58,711 nucleotides of DNA, filler included, from Sphacelaria rigidula (GCA_964200075.2; 7 parts of 7 records of this genome joined end to end with filler, not necessarily neighbours in it), one strand, 5' to 3'. Positions 1-12,996 are shown, numbered from the whole stretch's first letter. A program made the numbers and translations. Notes: a model not told the origin generated them from the letters alone.

Positions 1-3000
1 CGATACGCTCACGTCGCCTCCTTCATCTGCCACACCGGCCCCAGCCGCTATGCTCACAGCCCCACCCACCGTCGCTCCCAGTCCCGAAGTCACCGTCACC
101 GACCCGCCGGAGGCCGACGTGCCCTCGCCGGCCACCACTTCCAACGTCCCGCCCGTCGACCCGACGCCCGCCGCCATCGCCACCTCGCCGCCTGTGCCCG
201 TGCTTCCCGTCCCGGCCGCTAGTGATACGCCGCCTCCCGTCACGCCTGTCCCGCCCGTCAACGTCAACGCGCCGCCCGTCGCCAGGTCGCCGGTGCCCAC
301 CGTCAAGCTCACGTCGCCGCCCGACCCGGACGTGGCCGCACCGCTGCCGATCTGGACTGTGCCGGTGTTGCCGGAGCTGCTGGTGCCCGAGTTGAACACC
401 AGCACGCCGCTCACGCCGTCAGTGCCGGCGTTCGGCGAGCGGATCGTCACGGACCCGCTGGTGGTCTCTGTTCCCTCGCCGCTGAGAATGGTCACCGAGC
501 CTCCCGTACCGGCTGTGGCCGCAGTGGATGCTCCGGCCGTCAGCTGGACAAGACCGCCCTGGCCGGTGTCGCCGGCGCCAACCGTCAAGCTGAGCATTCC
601 GCCGGAGCCACCCAGGGCGGCCCCGCTTCCGATCATGATGTCTCCGCTGTCCCCTATGGTGGTTGATCCGGAGCTGAAGGTCATGATGCCGCTGTTTCCG
701 GAGGTACCGGCTGGAAGTGACATAACGTTGACGGTCCCGCTGTTCCCGCTTGTCACGGCGCCACTCGAAATCACCACGAGACCTCCACCTGTCTCACCAC
801 TGCCAGCGGCCATTGATACGTCGCCGCCAGCTGACGCTCCGGATCCAGCCGTCACGGTCACAGACCCGCCGGACGCTGTCGTGCCCTCACCAGCCATCAC
901 ATCAATCGCGCCGCCCGTGGACCCAACGCCCGCCACCATAGCCACCCCGCCACCTGTACCCGTGCTTCCCGTCCCGGCCGCTAGCGATATGGCGCCCCCC
1001 GTCACGCCTGTCCCGCCCGTCAACGTTAACGTGCCACCTGTCGCCAGGTCGCCCGTGCCCACCGTCAAGCTCACGTCGCCGCCCGACCCGGACGTGGCCG
1101 CCCCGCTGCCGATCTCAATCGTACCGGTGTTGCCGGAGCTGCTGGTGCCCGAGCTGAACACCAGCACGCCGCTCACGCCATCCGTCCCGGCGTCCGGCGA
1201 GCGAATCGTCACGGATCCGCTGGTGGTCTCGGTGCCCTCGCCGCTGAGGATCGTCACCGACCCGCCCGTACCGGCCGTGGCCGCGGTGGACGCTCCGGCC
1301 GTCACATGCACCGCACCGCCCTGGCCGGTGTCGCCGGCGCCGACCGTCAAGCTCAGTAGACCTCCGGAACCACCAAGGGCCGACCCGCTTCCGATCATGA
1401 CGTCTCCGCTGTCTCCGATGGTAGTAGAGCCAGAGCTGAAGGTCATGATGCCGCTGTTTCCGGCGGTACCGGCGGCGGGGGACGTGATGGTGACGGTCCC
1501 GCTGTTGCCGCTCGTCACAGCTCCACTCGCTACCGATATGGCACCGCCCCCTGTGCTGCCGCTGCCGGCCACCATCGTCAAGTCGCCGCCGGTGACCGCC
1601 GAGCTTACCCCGGCCGACACGCTCACGTCGCCTCCTTCCCCAGCCACACCGGCCCCAGCCGCTATGCTCACGGCCCCACCCACCGTCGCTCCCAGTCCCG
1701 CCGTCATCGTCACCGACCCGCCCGAGGCCGTCGTGCCCTCGCCGGCCACCACGTCGAACGCACCGCCCGTCGACCCGACACCCGCAGCCATCGCCACCTC
1801 CCCGCCGGTGCCCGTGCTTCCCGTCCCGGCCGCCAGCGACACGCCGCCTCCCGTCACGCCTGTCCCGCCCGTCAACGTCAAGGCGCCGCCCGTCGCCAGG
1901 TCGCCCGTGCCCACCGTCAAGCTCACGTCGCCGCCCGACCCGGACGTGGCCGCCCCGCTGCCAATCTGGACCATGCCGGTGTTGCCGGAGCTGCTGGTGC
2001 CCGAGCTGAACACCAGCACGCCGCTCACGCCGTCAGTACCGGCGTTCGGCGAGCGGATCGTCACGGACCCGCTGGTGGTCTCTGTCCCCTCGCCGCTGAG
2101 GATAGTCACCGACCCGCCTGTGCCGACTGTAGATGCGGTGGACGCTCCGGCCGTCAGCTGTACTAGACCGCCCTGGCCGGTGTCGCCGGTGCCGACCGTC
2201 AAGCTCAGTAGACCTCCGGAGCCACCAAGGGCCGACCCGCTTCCGATCATGATGTCTCCGCTGTCTCCTACGGTGGTGGAGCCAGAGCTGAAGGTCATGG
2301 CGCCGCTGTTTCCGGCCGTACCGGCTGGGGGCGACGTGATGGTGACGGTCCCGCTGTCTCCGCTTGTTACGGCTCCGCTGGTGACAGAGACGGCACCACC
2401 ACCTGTGCTGCCGCTGCCGGCCACCATCGTCAAGTCGCCGCCGGTGACAGCCGAGCTCACTCCAGCCGACACGCTTACGTCGCCTCCTTCATCTGCCACA
2501 CCAGATCCAGCCGCTATGCTCACGGCCCCACCCACCGTCGCTCCCAGTCCCGCCGTCACCGTCACCGACCCGCCGGACGCCGATGTGCCCTCGCCGGCCA
2601 CCACGTCGAACGCCCCGCCCGTCGACCCGACGCCCGCAGCCATCGCCACCTCGCCCCCAGTGCCAGTGCTTCCCGTCCCGGCCGCCAACGACACGCCGCC
2701 TCCCGTCACGCCCGTGCCGCCCGTCAACGTCAACGCGCCGCCCGTCGCCAGATCGCCCGTGCCCACCGTCAAGCTCACGTCGCCGCCCGATCCGGACGTG
2801 GCCGCGCCGCTGCCGATCTGGACCATGCCAGTGTTGCCGGAGCTGCTGGTGCCCGAGCTGAACACCAGCACGCCACTCACGCCGTCCGTCCCGGCGTTCG
2901 GCGAGCGGATCGTCACGGACCCGCTGGTGGTCCCGGTGCCCTCGCCGCTCAGGATTGTCATCGACCCTCCGGTGCCGGTCGTGGCCGCGGTGGACGCTCC

Positions 3001-6000
3001 GGCCTTCATGCGCACGAGACCGCCCTGGCCCGTGTCGCCGGCGCCGACCGTCAGGCTCAATAGACCTCCAGAGCCGCCGAGGGCGTCTCCGCTTCCGACC
3101 ATGATGTCTCCGCTATCTCCGACGGTGGTGGATCCGGAGCTGAAGGTCATGGCGCCGCTGTTACCGGCGGTACCAGCTGGGGGCGAGATGATGGTGACGG
3201 TGCCGCTGTTGCCGCTCGTCACGGCGCCACTCGATATCGCCACATAGCCCCCACTTGTCCCACCGCTTCCCGCAGCTATCGATGAATCACCGCCAGCAGT
3301 TGATCCAAGTCCAGCTGAAATCGTCACTGACCCGCCCGAGGCCGTCGTGCCCTCGCCGGCCAACACGTCGAATGCACCGCCCATCGACCCCACGCCCGCA
3401 GCCATCGCCACCTCGCCGCCAGTGCCCGTGCTTCCCGTCCCGGCCGCCAGCGATACGGCGCCTCCCGTCACGCCCGTGCCGCCCGTCAACGTCAACGCGC
3501 CGCCCGTCGCTAGGTCGCCGGTGCCCACCATCAAGCTCACGTCGCCGCCCGATCCGGACGTGGCCGCCCCGCTACCGATCTGGACCATGCCGGTGTTGCC
3601 GGAGCTGCTGGTGCCCGAGCTGAACACCAGCACGCCGCTCACGCCGTCCGTGCCGGCGTTCGGCGAGCGGATCGTCACGGACCCGCTGGTGGTCTCGGTG
3701 CCCTCGCCGCTCAGGATCGTCACCGAGCCTCCCGTGCCGGCCGTGGCCGCGGTGGATGCTCCGGCGGTGATTTGGACAAGACCGCCCTGGCCCGTATCAC
3801 CGGCGCCGACTGTGAAGCTTAGCAGGCCTCCGGAGCCGCCCAGAGCATCTCCGCTTCCGATCATGATGTCTCCGCTGTCTCCGATCGTTGTAGAGCCAGA
3901 ACTAAAGGTCATGACGCCGCTCTTTCCGGCTGTACCTGCTGGAGGGGACATGATTGTAATGATCCCGCTGTTCCCGCTCGTCACCGCTCCGCTGGTAATC
4001 GCCACGCCGCCGCCACCCGTGCTTCCGCTGCCGGCCACCATCGTCAAGTCGCCGCCCGTGACGGACGAACTCACTCCAGCCGACACGCTCACGTCGCCTC
4101 CCTCATCCGCCGCACCGGCCCCGGCCGCTATGCTCACGGCCCCACCCACCGTCGCTCCCACTCCAGCCGTCACCGTCACCGAACCGCCGGACGCCGATGT
4201 GCCCTCGCCGGCCACCACGTCGAACGCCCCACCTGTCGATCCGACGCCCGCGACCATCGCCACCTCGCCGCCAGTGCCCGTGCTTCCCGTCCCGGCCGCC
4301 AACGACACACCGCCTCCCGTCACGCCCGTGCCGCCCGTCAACGTCAACGCACCACCTGTCGCCAGATCGCCAGTGCCCACCGTCAAGCTCACGTCGCCGC
4401 CCGATCCGGACGTGGCCGCACCGCTGCCGATCTGGACCATGCCGGTGTTGCCGGAGCTGCTGGTGCCCGAGCTGAACACCAGCACGCCACTCACACCGTC
4501 AGTACCGGCGTTCGGTGATCGGATCGTCACGGACCCGCTGGTGGTCTCGGTGCCCTCGCCGCTCAGGATCGTCACCGACCCGCCGGTGCCGGCTGTGGCC
4601 GCGGTGGACGCTCCGGCCGTCACCTGCACCAGACCGCCCTGGCCCGTGTCGGCCGCGCCGACCGTCAAGCTGAGCAGGCCTCCGGAGCCGCCCAGAGCAG
4701 CCCCGCTTCCGATCATAATGTCTCCGCTGTCTCCTACAGTGGTGGAGCCGGAGCTGAAGGTCACGGTGCCGCTGTTTCCGGCCGTACCGGCGGCGGGGGA
4801 CGTGATGGTGACGGTTCCACTATTCCCGCTTGTTACCGCACCGCTTGTCACCCACACGGCACCACCCCCCGTGCTACCGCTACCAGCCATCATCGTCAAG
4901 TCGCCACCAGTGACAGCCGAGCTCACTCCAGCCGATACACTTACATCGCCTCCTTCATCCGCCACACCGTCACCCGCCGCTATGCTCACGGCCCCACCAA
5001 CGGTCGCACCAAGTCCGGCCGTCACTGACACCGACCCGCCCGAGGCCGCCGTGCCCTCGCCGGCCCCCACGTCCAACGCACCGCCCGTAGACCCGACACC
5101 CGCAGCCATCGCCACCCCGCCCCCAGTGCCCGTGCTTCCCGTTCCGGCCGCCAACGACACGCCGCCTCCCGTCACGCCCGTCCCGCCCGTCAACGTCAAC
5201 GCGCCGCCCGTCGCCAGGTCGCCCGTGCCCACCGTCACGCTCACATCACCGCCCGATCCGGATGTGGCTGCGCCGCTGCCGATCGCAATCGTACCGGTGT
5301 TGCCGGAGCTGCTGGTGCCCGAGCTGAACACCAGCACGCCGCTCACTCCGTCAGTACCGGCGTTCGGCGAGCGGATCGTCACGGACCCGCTGGTGGTCTC
5401 TGTGCCCTCGCCGCTCAGGATGGTGATCGATCCTCCCGTGCCGGCCGTGACAGCGGTGGACGCCCCGGCGGTGATTTGGACAAGGCCGCCCTCGCCGGTA
5501 TCGCCGGCGCCGACCGTCAGGCTCAGCAGACCGCCCGAACCGCCGAGGGCGTCTCCGCTTCCGATCATGATGTCTCCGCTGTCTCCGATGGTGGTGGAGC
5601 CGGAGCTGAAGGTCATGGTTCCGCTGTTTCCGATCGTACCGGCGGCGGGGGACGTGATGGTGACGGTTCCGCTGTTGCCGCTCGTAACAGCACCACTGGA
5701 CACTTCAACAGCACCGCCCCCCATTCCTCCGTAACCAGCTTCGATGAAGATTCCGCCCCCGGCCGTCGCTCCCACTCCAGCCGTCACCGTCACCGAACCA
5801 CCGGAGGCCGTCGTGCCCTCGCCGGCCACCACGTCGAATGCACCGCCCGTCGACCCCACACCTGCAGCCATCGCCACCTCGCCCCCAGTACCCGTGCTTC
5901 CCGTCCCGGCTGCCAGCGACACGCCGCCTCCCGTCACGCCCGTACCGCCCGTCAACGTCAACGCGCCGCCCATCGCCAGGTCGCCCGTGCCCACCGTCAA

Positions 6001-8302
6001 GCTCACGTCGCCGCCCGATCCGGACGTGGCCGCCCCGCTGCCGATCTGGACAATGCCGGTGTTGCCGGAGCTGCTGGTGCCCGAGCTGAACACCAGCACG
6101 CCACTCACGCCGTCAGTACCGGCGTTCGGCGAGCGGATCGTCACGGACCCGCTGGTGGTCTCGGTGCCCTCGCCGCTCAGGATCGTCACCGACCCGCCTG
6201 TGCCGGCTGTGGCCGCGGTGGACGCTCCGGCCGTCAGCTGCACCAGACCGCCCTGGCCCGTGTCGCCGGTGCCGACCGTCAAGCTCAGTAGGCCTCCGGA
6301 GCCACCAAGGGCGTCTCCGCTTCCGATCATGATGTCTCCGCTGTCTCCTACGGTGGTGGAGCCGGAGCTGAAGGTCACGGTGCCGCTGTTTCCGGCGGTA
6401 CCAGCTGGGGGAGACGTGATGGTGACGGTTCCGCTGTTGCCGCTCGTCACGGCTCCGCTGGTGACAGAGACGGCACCACCACCTGTGCTGCCGCTGCCGG
6501 CCACCATCGTCAAGTCGCCGCCGGTGACCGCCGAACTCACACCGGCCGACACGCTCACGTCGCCTCCCTCATCCGCCACACCGATCCCGGCCGCTATGCT
6601 CACGGCCCCACCCACCGTCGCTCCCAGTCCCGAAGTCACCGTCACCGACCCGCCCGAGGCCGTCGTACCCTCGCCGGCCACCACATCAAAAACACCACCG
6701 GTCGACCCGACGCCCGCAGCCATCGCCACCACGCCACCGGTGCCCGTGCTTCCCGTCCCGGCCGCCAGCGATACGGCGCCTCCCGTCACGCCCGTGCCGC
6801 CCGTCAACGTCAACGCGCCGCCCGTCGCCAGGTCACCTGTGCCCACCGTCAAGCTCACGTCGCCGCCCGATCCGGACGTGGCCGCCCCGCTGCCGATCTG
6901 GACCATGCCGGTGTTGCCGGAGCTGCTGGTGCCCGAGCTGAACACCAGCACGCCACTCACGCCGTCCGTCCCGGCGTTCCGCGAGCGGATCGTCACGGAC
7001 CCGCTGGTGGTCTCGGTGCCCTCGCCGCTGAGGATCGTCACCGAACCGCCAGTGCCTGACGTGGCCGCAGTGGATGCTCCGGCCGTCAGCTGGACAAGAC
7101 CTCCTTGGCCCGTGTCGCCGGCGCCGACGGTCAAGCTCAGTAGACCTCCGGAGCCACCCAGGGCGGCTCCGCTTCCGATCATGATGTCTCCGCTGTCTCC
7201 GATGGTGGTGGGGCCGGAGCTGAAGGTCATGATGCCGCTATTTCCGGCCGTACCGGCTGAGGGCGAAGTGATGGTGACGGTCCCGCTATTTCCGCTGGTC
7301 ACGGCTCCGCTTGTCAGAGACACGGCTCCGCCGCCCGCGCTGCCGCTGCCCGCCACTATCGTCAAGTCGCCACCTGTAAGGGTCGAGCTCATACCAGCCG
7401 ATACGCTCATATCGCCCCCTGCTCCGGTGCCTCCACTACCGGCTGCGATACTCACGCTGCCTCCAGTTTCAGCACCGGAACCAGCTTCCATACTGAGTGA
7501 TCCCCCGCTGTTCGCTGCTCCTGCCCCCGCTGCGATGCTCAACGCCCCGCCCGACGTAGACCCTACTCCCGCCTGCAGCGTAACAGCCCCACCAGTGCCA
7601 GATGTACCATCCCCAGCAGCAATACTCACTGGACCACCTGTTGCTGCGTCCCCAGCTATCACAGTGACTTCTCCACCGGTGCCCGCTACGCCTGTACCCG
7701 CAGCAATGTTTACAGGACCACCCGTGACCCCAGTGCCTGAGAACAAATGAAGTGTTCCGCCCGTCGCCAGGTCGCCCGTACCCACCGTCAAGCTCACGTC
7801 GCCGCCCGACCCGGACGTGGCCGCCCCGCTGCCAATTTTCACCGTACCGGTGTTGCCAGAGCTGCTGGTGCCCGAGCTGAACACCAGCACGCCGCTCACG
7901 CCGTCCGTGCCGGCGTCCGGCGAGCGAATCGTCACGGACCCGCTGGTGGTCTCGGTGCCCTCGCCGCTGAGGATAGTCACCGATCCGCCGGTGCCGGCCG
8001 TGGCCGCGGTGGACGCTCCGGCCATCACCTGCACTGCACCGCCCTGGCTCGTGTCACCGGCGCCCACCGTCAGGCTTAGCAGCCCGCCCGAGCCGCCGAG
8101 GGCGGCCCCGCTTCCAATCATGATGTCTCCGCTGTCTCCGATGGTGGTGGAGCCGGAGCTGAATGCCATGGTTCCGCTGTTTCCGGCTGTTCCTGCTGAA
8201 GGTGACGTGATGGTGACGGTTCCGCTGTTCCCGCTCGTCACCGCTCCACTGGCGACCACAACAGCGCCGCCGCCTGCGCTGCCGCTGCCGGCAACCATCG
8301 TC
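1..8302 (-). CDS. Partial giant Gly/Ser/Thr/Ala/Val-rich tandem-repeat protein (predicted beta-solenoid/beta-roll), open at both contig ends, >=2767 aa
   Basis: Reverse-complementing plus triplets starting at positions 1 mod 3 gives e.g. LTVGTGDLATGGALTLTGGTGVTGGGVSLAAGTGSTGTGGEVAMAAGVGSTGGAFDVVAGEGTTASGGSVTMTAGLGATVGGAVSIAAGAG. I found no stops in the stretches translated, including around 3245 and 7748 where the plus-strand Pro-rich ORFs stop. All repeat periods are multiples of 3, and differences between copies fall mostly at wobble positions of this frame. The ORF track omits it, consistent with no in-frame stop before the window edge. Confidence 0.9.
1..8302. repeat. Coding tandem array with 762/852/939-bp units and a 2466-bp higher-order repeat
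   Basis: Anchor CGTCAAGCTCAC (or a one-base variant) recurs at 301, 1063, 1915, 2767, 3529, 4381, 5233, 5995, 6847 and 7786. Spacings are 762, 852, 852, 762, 852, 852, 762, 852, 939. Confidence 0.95.
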
Positions 8303-8402
8303 NNNNNNNNNNNNNNNNNNNNNNNNNNNNNNNNNNNNNNNNNNNNTTAATTAATTAANNNNNNNNNNNNNNNNNNNNNNNNNNNNNNNNNNNNNNNNNN
8401 NN
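8303..8402. other. Artificial 100-nt contig spacer (also at 16705-16804, 25107-25206, 33509-33608, 41910-42009, 50311-50410)
   Basis: N runs with a central TTAATTAATTAA (stops in all six frames). The flanking contigs are all 8301-8302 bp. Confidence 0.98.
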
Positions 8403-8776
8403 CCGCCCCCCGCCCAGTTGTCCGTTCGTGAATAGGCATATGTACCCCCCCCCATATACACGAAAGCTGAAGTAGGAACCCCCCCCCCCCCCCGTCCCAC
8501 TAGTGCTCCATACGCCCATTTACTAACTTAGCGCCCATTCGTCTGTGTCGTAGTGGGGAACAACAGTGCAAAGAAAAAACAAATCGTCGCCCGTCGTCTT
8601 TGCAACAACGCAAAGAGAAATATATTCGCCTTTCCTCGCATTGATGTGAGGGTACTGCCCCCTCCACGCGCGCGCAACAATGGACGACGCGGTCAAGTCA
8701 ATTCCGATTGAAGTGTAACCGTTTTGTACCACCGGTTAGTGGGACACGACGGTAGATATCGACCTTGTTCAGGCCT

Positions 8777-11700
8777 CTAGACGGTCCTTCCATAGCTGGT
8801 ATCTTCAATGTCCTCTACGTATATCGTGTTCACTCTAACTTCCTTCCCATCTGAATGGCGCCTACACTTAATTCCTAGCTCTGATCCACCAAATGAGAAT
8901 CGCATCGATACATCGCGGCGAGTGAAAGAAGCGGTCATGTCCATTGGTACATCAACCGTGACTAGATTGTTCAACATCCTGTTGACGCCCCTGTCTTTCA
9001 CGTATTGGACATCTGCAGCGCACTGCTTTGTAACCAGAACCTCAAACCTCATGCTCTGTTGGCCTTCAGTCACGGGCGAAAATGTGTGTTCTTTTTCAGT
9101 TCCTACTGGAAGGTCTTGGCCCCTCTCGACGTATTTGTAGAACTTGTCGAGGTAAATTTTACCCTCGTAGGATTTTGTCTGACTCTCGCGTTTACTGTGC
9201 TCCGGATCGGCCGCATTGTACCTCGATACACCAGCGGTTCCGTATGTCAGGCGCGCTTTGCGAGAAATGATGGATCCTTTGTTCGCTCCAAACAGTGCTG
9301 CTCCAAGTACCTGACGTGTGTGTTTCGAGCGGGGGGTCTGAGGATCAGAGGGTAAATTACCCTTTAGATTGGGATGCGCGATAGTGCAGATCGAAGATAG
9401 CCACTGGTCATCGACTGCTCACCCGGTTCGTCGCCCCTATTTCGCTGAACACCACTTGAGAGCAAAGTGAAACGTTGTACGGAGGTAGACATTTCTTACT
9501 ACTCACATACCGACACACTACCTAACGACGTACGATTTCGTATCGGACCCTAGTGCCCTTCTCTCCTCTCGCAAACTACCTCAAATATTGTACTTACAAT
9601 CGCCAGACCAGGTCTGCGTGGAGCGATCACCCTCACAGCGCCATGGCCGTTCTTTAGCCCTCTGGTGACCGCCTTTTGCAGAAGGGGGCTTGAAGAAAAC
9701 CCCCCGACCAGGTATACCATGGATATCCCCGGATTCTTGTCCAGTACTTCCCGACTTACGCGTACGATTTCGTTAAAAACGTCATCAAAGAAGCTCGACA
9801 TCAATGCAGGCTCAATCTTCAGCGTGCGTCCGGTCGCCTTGACTCCGGTCTGTCAGGGATAATAGGAAATGTTCAAGAGATGCATGAAACCACTCGAGCC
9901 GAAACGGTTTTATCAAGGCCTTCTCAAACTTCACTCCTCCAGAGCGTTCATTACGTGGTTTCAACGCAAAAACAACAGTCAGCGAAGTCCAATGGTTTTA
10001 TTAAATACGTTGCGATGGGTGCAACACGAGTCTGTAGGGAACGCGATAGTGTCCGATATCCATGACATAAACGGTCAATGACGGTCACATGTTCGCGTGA
10101 TGTATATTCCACAACATGTCTCGGTTGTGGCAAAATCTAATAGCGTCCGAATACCGTCAATTGGGCTTGGAGCGGGATGTATCGGGATTTCGTTGGGTTT
10201 ACAATGCTTGTTCGATGTTGATCCACAATGAACGCGCGTTGCTCAACCGTTTCGTAGTATGTAGAAAGTCATGGGCAAGAAACAACATGCACCAGCTTCT
10301 TTTCATGTGGTCACGTCTCATACAATATATCTTGCATTACGTTGCTGAGATGAGTGACAGGACCGCATCGTAGTTCGAAGCACCTGAGGATCGACGTATT
10401 TCAAACCAAACCGGACCAAAACCTGCAGGGACCATGCCCCTTGCCCTTACTGTAGGGATATTCGAATTCCGATGCAGTCGTCTAAGCGCGCGGTCCTCTC
10501 ACGCATTACACACGCTGGGTGTGGGGCGAGTTTTCTCCGTTGGAGTGGCCCGTCGGAAACCGCCGCTTCAACGCCAGATATACTGTTACCCTCTTCAACG
10601 AAACGCGTACATGACCAAAGGCCAGGATTCATGTGGTTTACATTGCATCTCCAACCGTGCGCACAGTTGCACTTAGCGTCGACGGGAACTTCGGAGCAGT
10701 GTCGCATATGCTGCTGTCATTTACGCCTCGAACCCATGAGAACACCCACCACAGTTGAGTTGAAGTCTTCCACTGAAACCTTGAAGGTTATCACGTTCAT
10801 CTCGATCTGGTCCAGAATGTCACCGAGCTGAAGCCGAACTGATTGTCCCTCCTGGTAATCGGTCTTCTTGCTCTCCCAATCTCGCATGAGTGACAACATC
10901 TGTGCCGACCCACTTAGTTTGTTCCACGCTTCTTTGCTGCATCGTAGTATGTCCTATCAGAGACACATTATACATCCAAGGAGGGCACATGAAGGACCAC
11001 GTGAGGGGACGATGGCAGCAGTCATCGGGCATAGGTATTTGTCAGCAATATCCTCGGTGGTCGAGTACATCATTCGAGACTCTGGTATAGCCGCTGTTCT
11101 TGGTCGATGAAGCCACTCCAACAGTGTTCTTCGTACGAAGCATACCAAACGTCAACCACTGAAACACCAAATAAATGGTGCGAGATATCTAAATCTCGGC
11201 AAAACTGAGGGCTGGTGTGCACATCTCACCTTCAAGAATGCTTTGAACTTGGAATCCACCACAGTCGATCCCCACGGCCCGCCGGTCGGCTCTTCAACCT
11301 CCTTTAGCTCTAACGGCGAAGCACCAATGACTTCGTGAGTAGTGACATCGATGGTCCCCCCTCCGCAGTCCAAGATCATCACTTGAGTACCTTGCTCCCA
11401 GGGGTGGGCGTTGTCTTGTTCCACGGAGAGACAGGCAGCTTCTGGCTCCAGACAGAGAGCCAGATTCTATAAGCAAAGTTCGGGAATGCATGGGGTTTGG
11501 CCTTTGGACGGTCAGGACGCGGATGAAGGCACAATACATTGTTAGCCACGACACGAGTCAACACAAGGCTCTTAGGTGTGTGCTGCGACGTGTCGTGTTG
11601 GTCCGACACGGCATATTCGTAGTGGCCTCGTAAAGTGTCGCTGAAACTTCCTATCCAAGCGGATTGCACCTACCAGCCTCGCTGATAGAACATATTATAT

Positions 11701-12616
11701 ACCTCCTTGCACGTACCAGCCTCACTGGTAAAACATATACCTCACTACAGTTATCCCCTCTTCCCAGCTGTAAGCAGAGACGAGCTTCAGTATTGGTTTG
11801 CCCTTGACAGTCTCTACGATAGTCCCCTGCCGGTAGCAGCCCAACAGTGTCACGAAACAATAGTCATAAAGCGCTTGATGTTTGGGTTCAGGCTGCATGA
11901 AGCGCCTCACATAGGCGACATTGGCGAGAACGAACCCAAGCGTGGGAATTCCCAGCTATTCGTTGTGCTCGACTTTCTCCGTTTCGATGTATGTGAAGAT
12001 GTTGCCTTGCCAAGAAACCACGCACTTTTGAGGGGGAGCTATCGTAGAAAATGTCTCTTCTAGTTTCTCAAGCTCCCGATTGGCCGCTTCTACCCTGGGC
12101 CGGGAAGAGGTCCCAATCTCACCTCTTGGTCATGTTCGGAGTCGATTAGACCGCCCCTGAATGCCGCTGTACGCATGAAGATCTTGCCAAACTCGCTCCA
12201 GATGGCAGGGATAGTCAGCACGAAGCGGATATCCGACGAGCGTAAGGTGCCTTGATCGGAGCTGTTCAGGCGATCTATGATTTGCGCCTTGATGTGTTTG
12301 AGCGCCAGTGAAACGACGTATACCAGGGGGAGAGTAACTCTATTATCCGCCGCGATGCCCATAACATCGTCCACCTTCCTACCTCCTTTTCCCTCCCTGC
12401 CGCCCCGGAACAGCTCCATCTTGAAATATTTGAATAAGGCAAGGTCTTCGCCACCGTCGCCATCCGTCTTGGCGCAGATATACTCCCCTTCGGCACTATC
12501 TCCGAAAGTCTGCAGCCGCCACCCGCCTTCGTCTTTGTCGGACCTTTTCAGCAGGACCGTAGTTGCCGTCTTTCGTTCCACAGACATGGTGGTATCGCCG
12601 TGCCGGTCAGGTATAC
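8777..12616 (-). CDS. HSPA12: HSPA12-like atypical Hsp70, spliced, 5'-partial; exons 12616-12123, 11466-11230, 10953-10750, 9849-9598, 9310-8777
   Basis: Motifs KTATTVLL, FGDSAEGEY, FKYFKMEL, RFVLTIPAIWSEFGKIFMRTAA, LCLEPEAACL, ILDCGGGTIDV, GGPWGSTVVDSKF, YLVGGFSSSPLLQ, PGLAIVLGAALFG, SRKARLTYG and FSFGGSEL match the HSPA12 subfamily. The GT..AG boundaries join in frame (four phase-0 introns), with TAG at 8777-8779. The donor at 10749 is the least certain. The N-terminal IDFGT exon was not found. Confidence 0.88.
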
Positions 12617-12791
12617 CTTAAATATCGGGTGTAGCACAATTACGTATCAACAGCACTATACTTGAGCCCTTTGGAATGCTTGGATGCAAACGAAATTACC
12701 ACTACGATCACTATCGCCCTGAAACGTTGAATTTCTGATTCCAATTTCGTGACGATGGCGGTTTCGGTGAGCGAACTTCAGGGGGAGGTCG

Positions 12792-12996
12792 TGTAATGCG
12801 TGAGGGGACGGCGTGCTTAGGGGACCACTGCGTAGTCCAAAACACCCCAGGATCGACATCTTTTTACACCAATTGGGCCAGTCCCTGCAGGTACCACGCC
12901 CCTGACCCTAACCTCAACACAAACCCTCACCCCAACCATACGGATATTCAAATTCAGATGCGGTCCTCTAAGCACGCGGTCCTCTCAGGCATTACA
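12792..12996 (+). mobile_element. MITE with ~37-bp TIRs (TGTAATGCGTGAGAGGACCGCGTGCTTAGAGGACCGC), telomere-like CCCTAA core and 5-bp TSD
   Basis: Ends TGTAATGCGTGAG...CTCAGGCATTACA. Internal cctgaccctaacctcaacacaaaccctcaccccaacc. Flanks GGTCG/GGTAG. Degenerate or partial copies at ~10346-10510 and ~13044-13075. Confidence 0.85.

Noticed and set aside
50-8350. Long plus-strand Pro/Val/Thr-rich ORFs (1065, 795, 668 and 177 aa) resembling mucins or extensins
   Set aside because: Antisense shadows of Gly-rich GGN codons. They stop in divergent sectors where the minus frame stays open.
8347-8358. Recurrent TTAATTAATTAA palindrome
   Set aside because: Assembly linker inside N runs.
1-12616. Giant repeat protein and Hsp70 as a functional cluster
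   Set aside because: They lie on different contigs joined by an artificial spacer.
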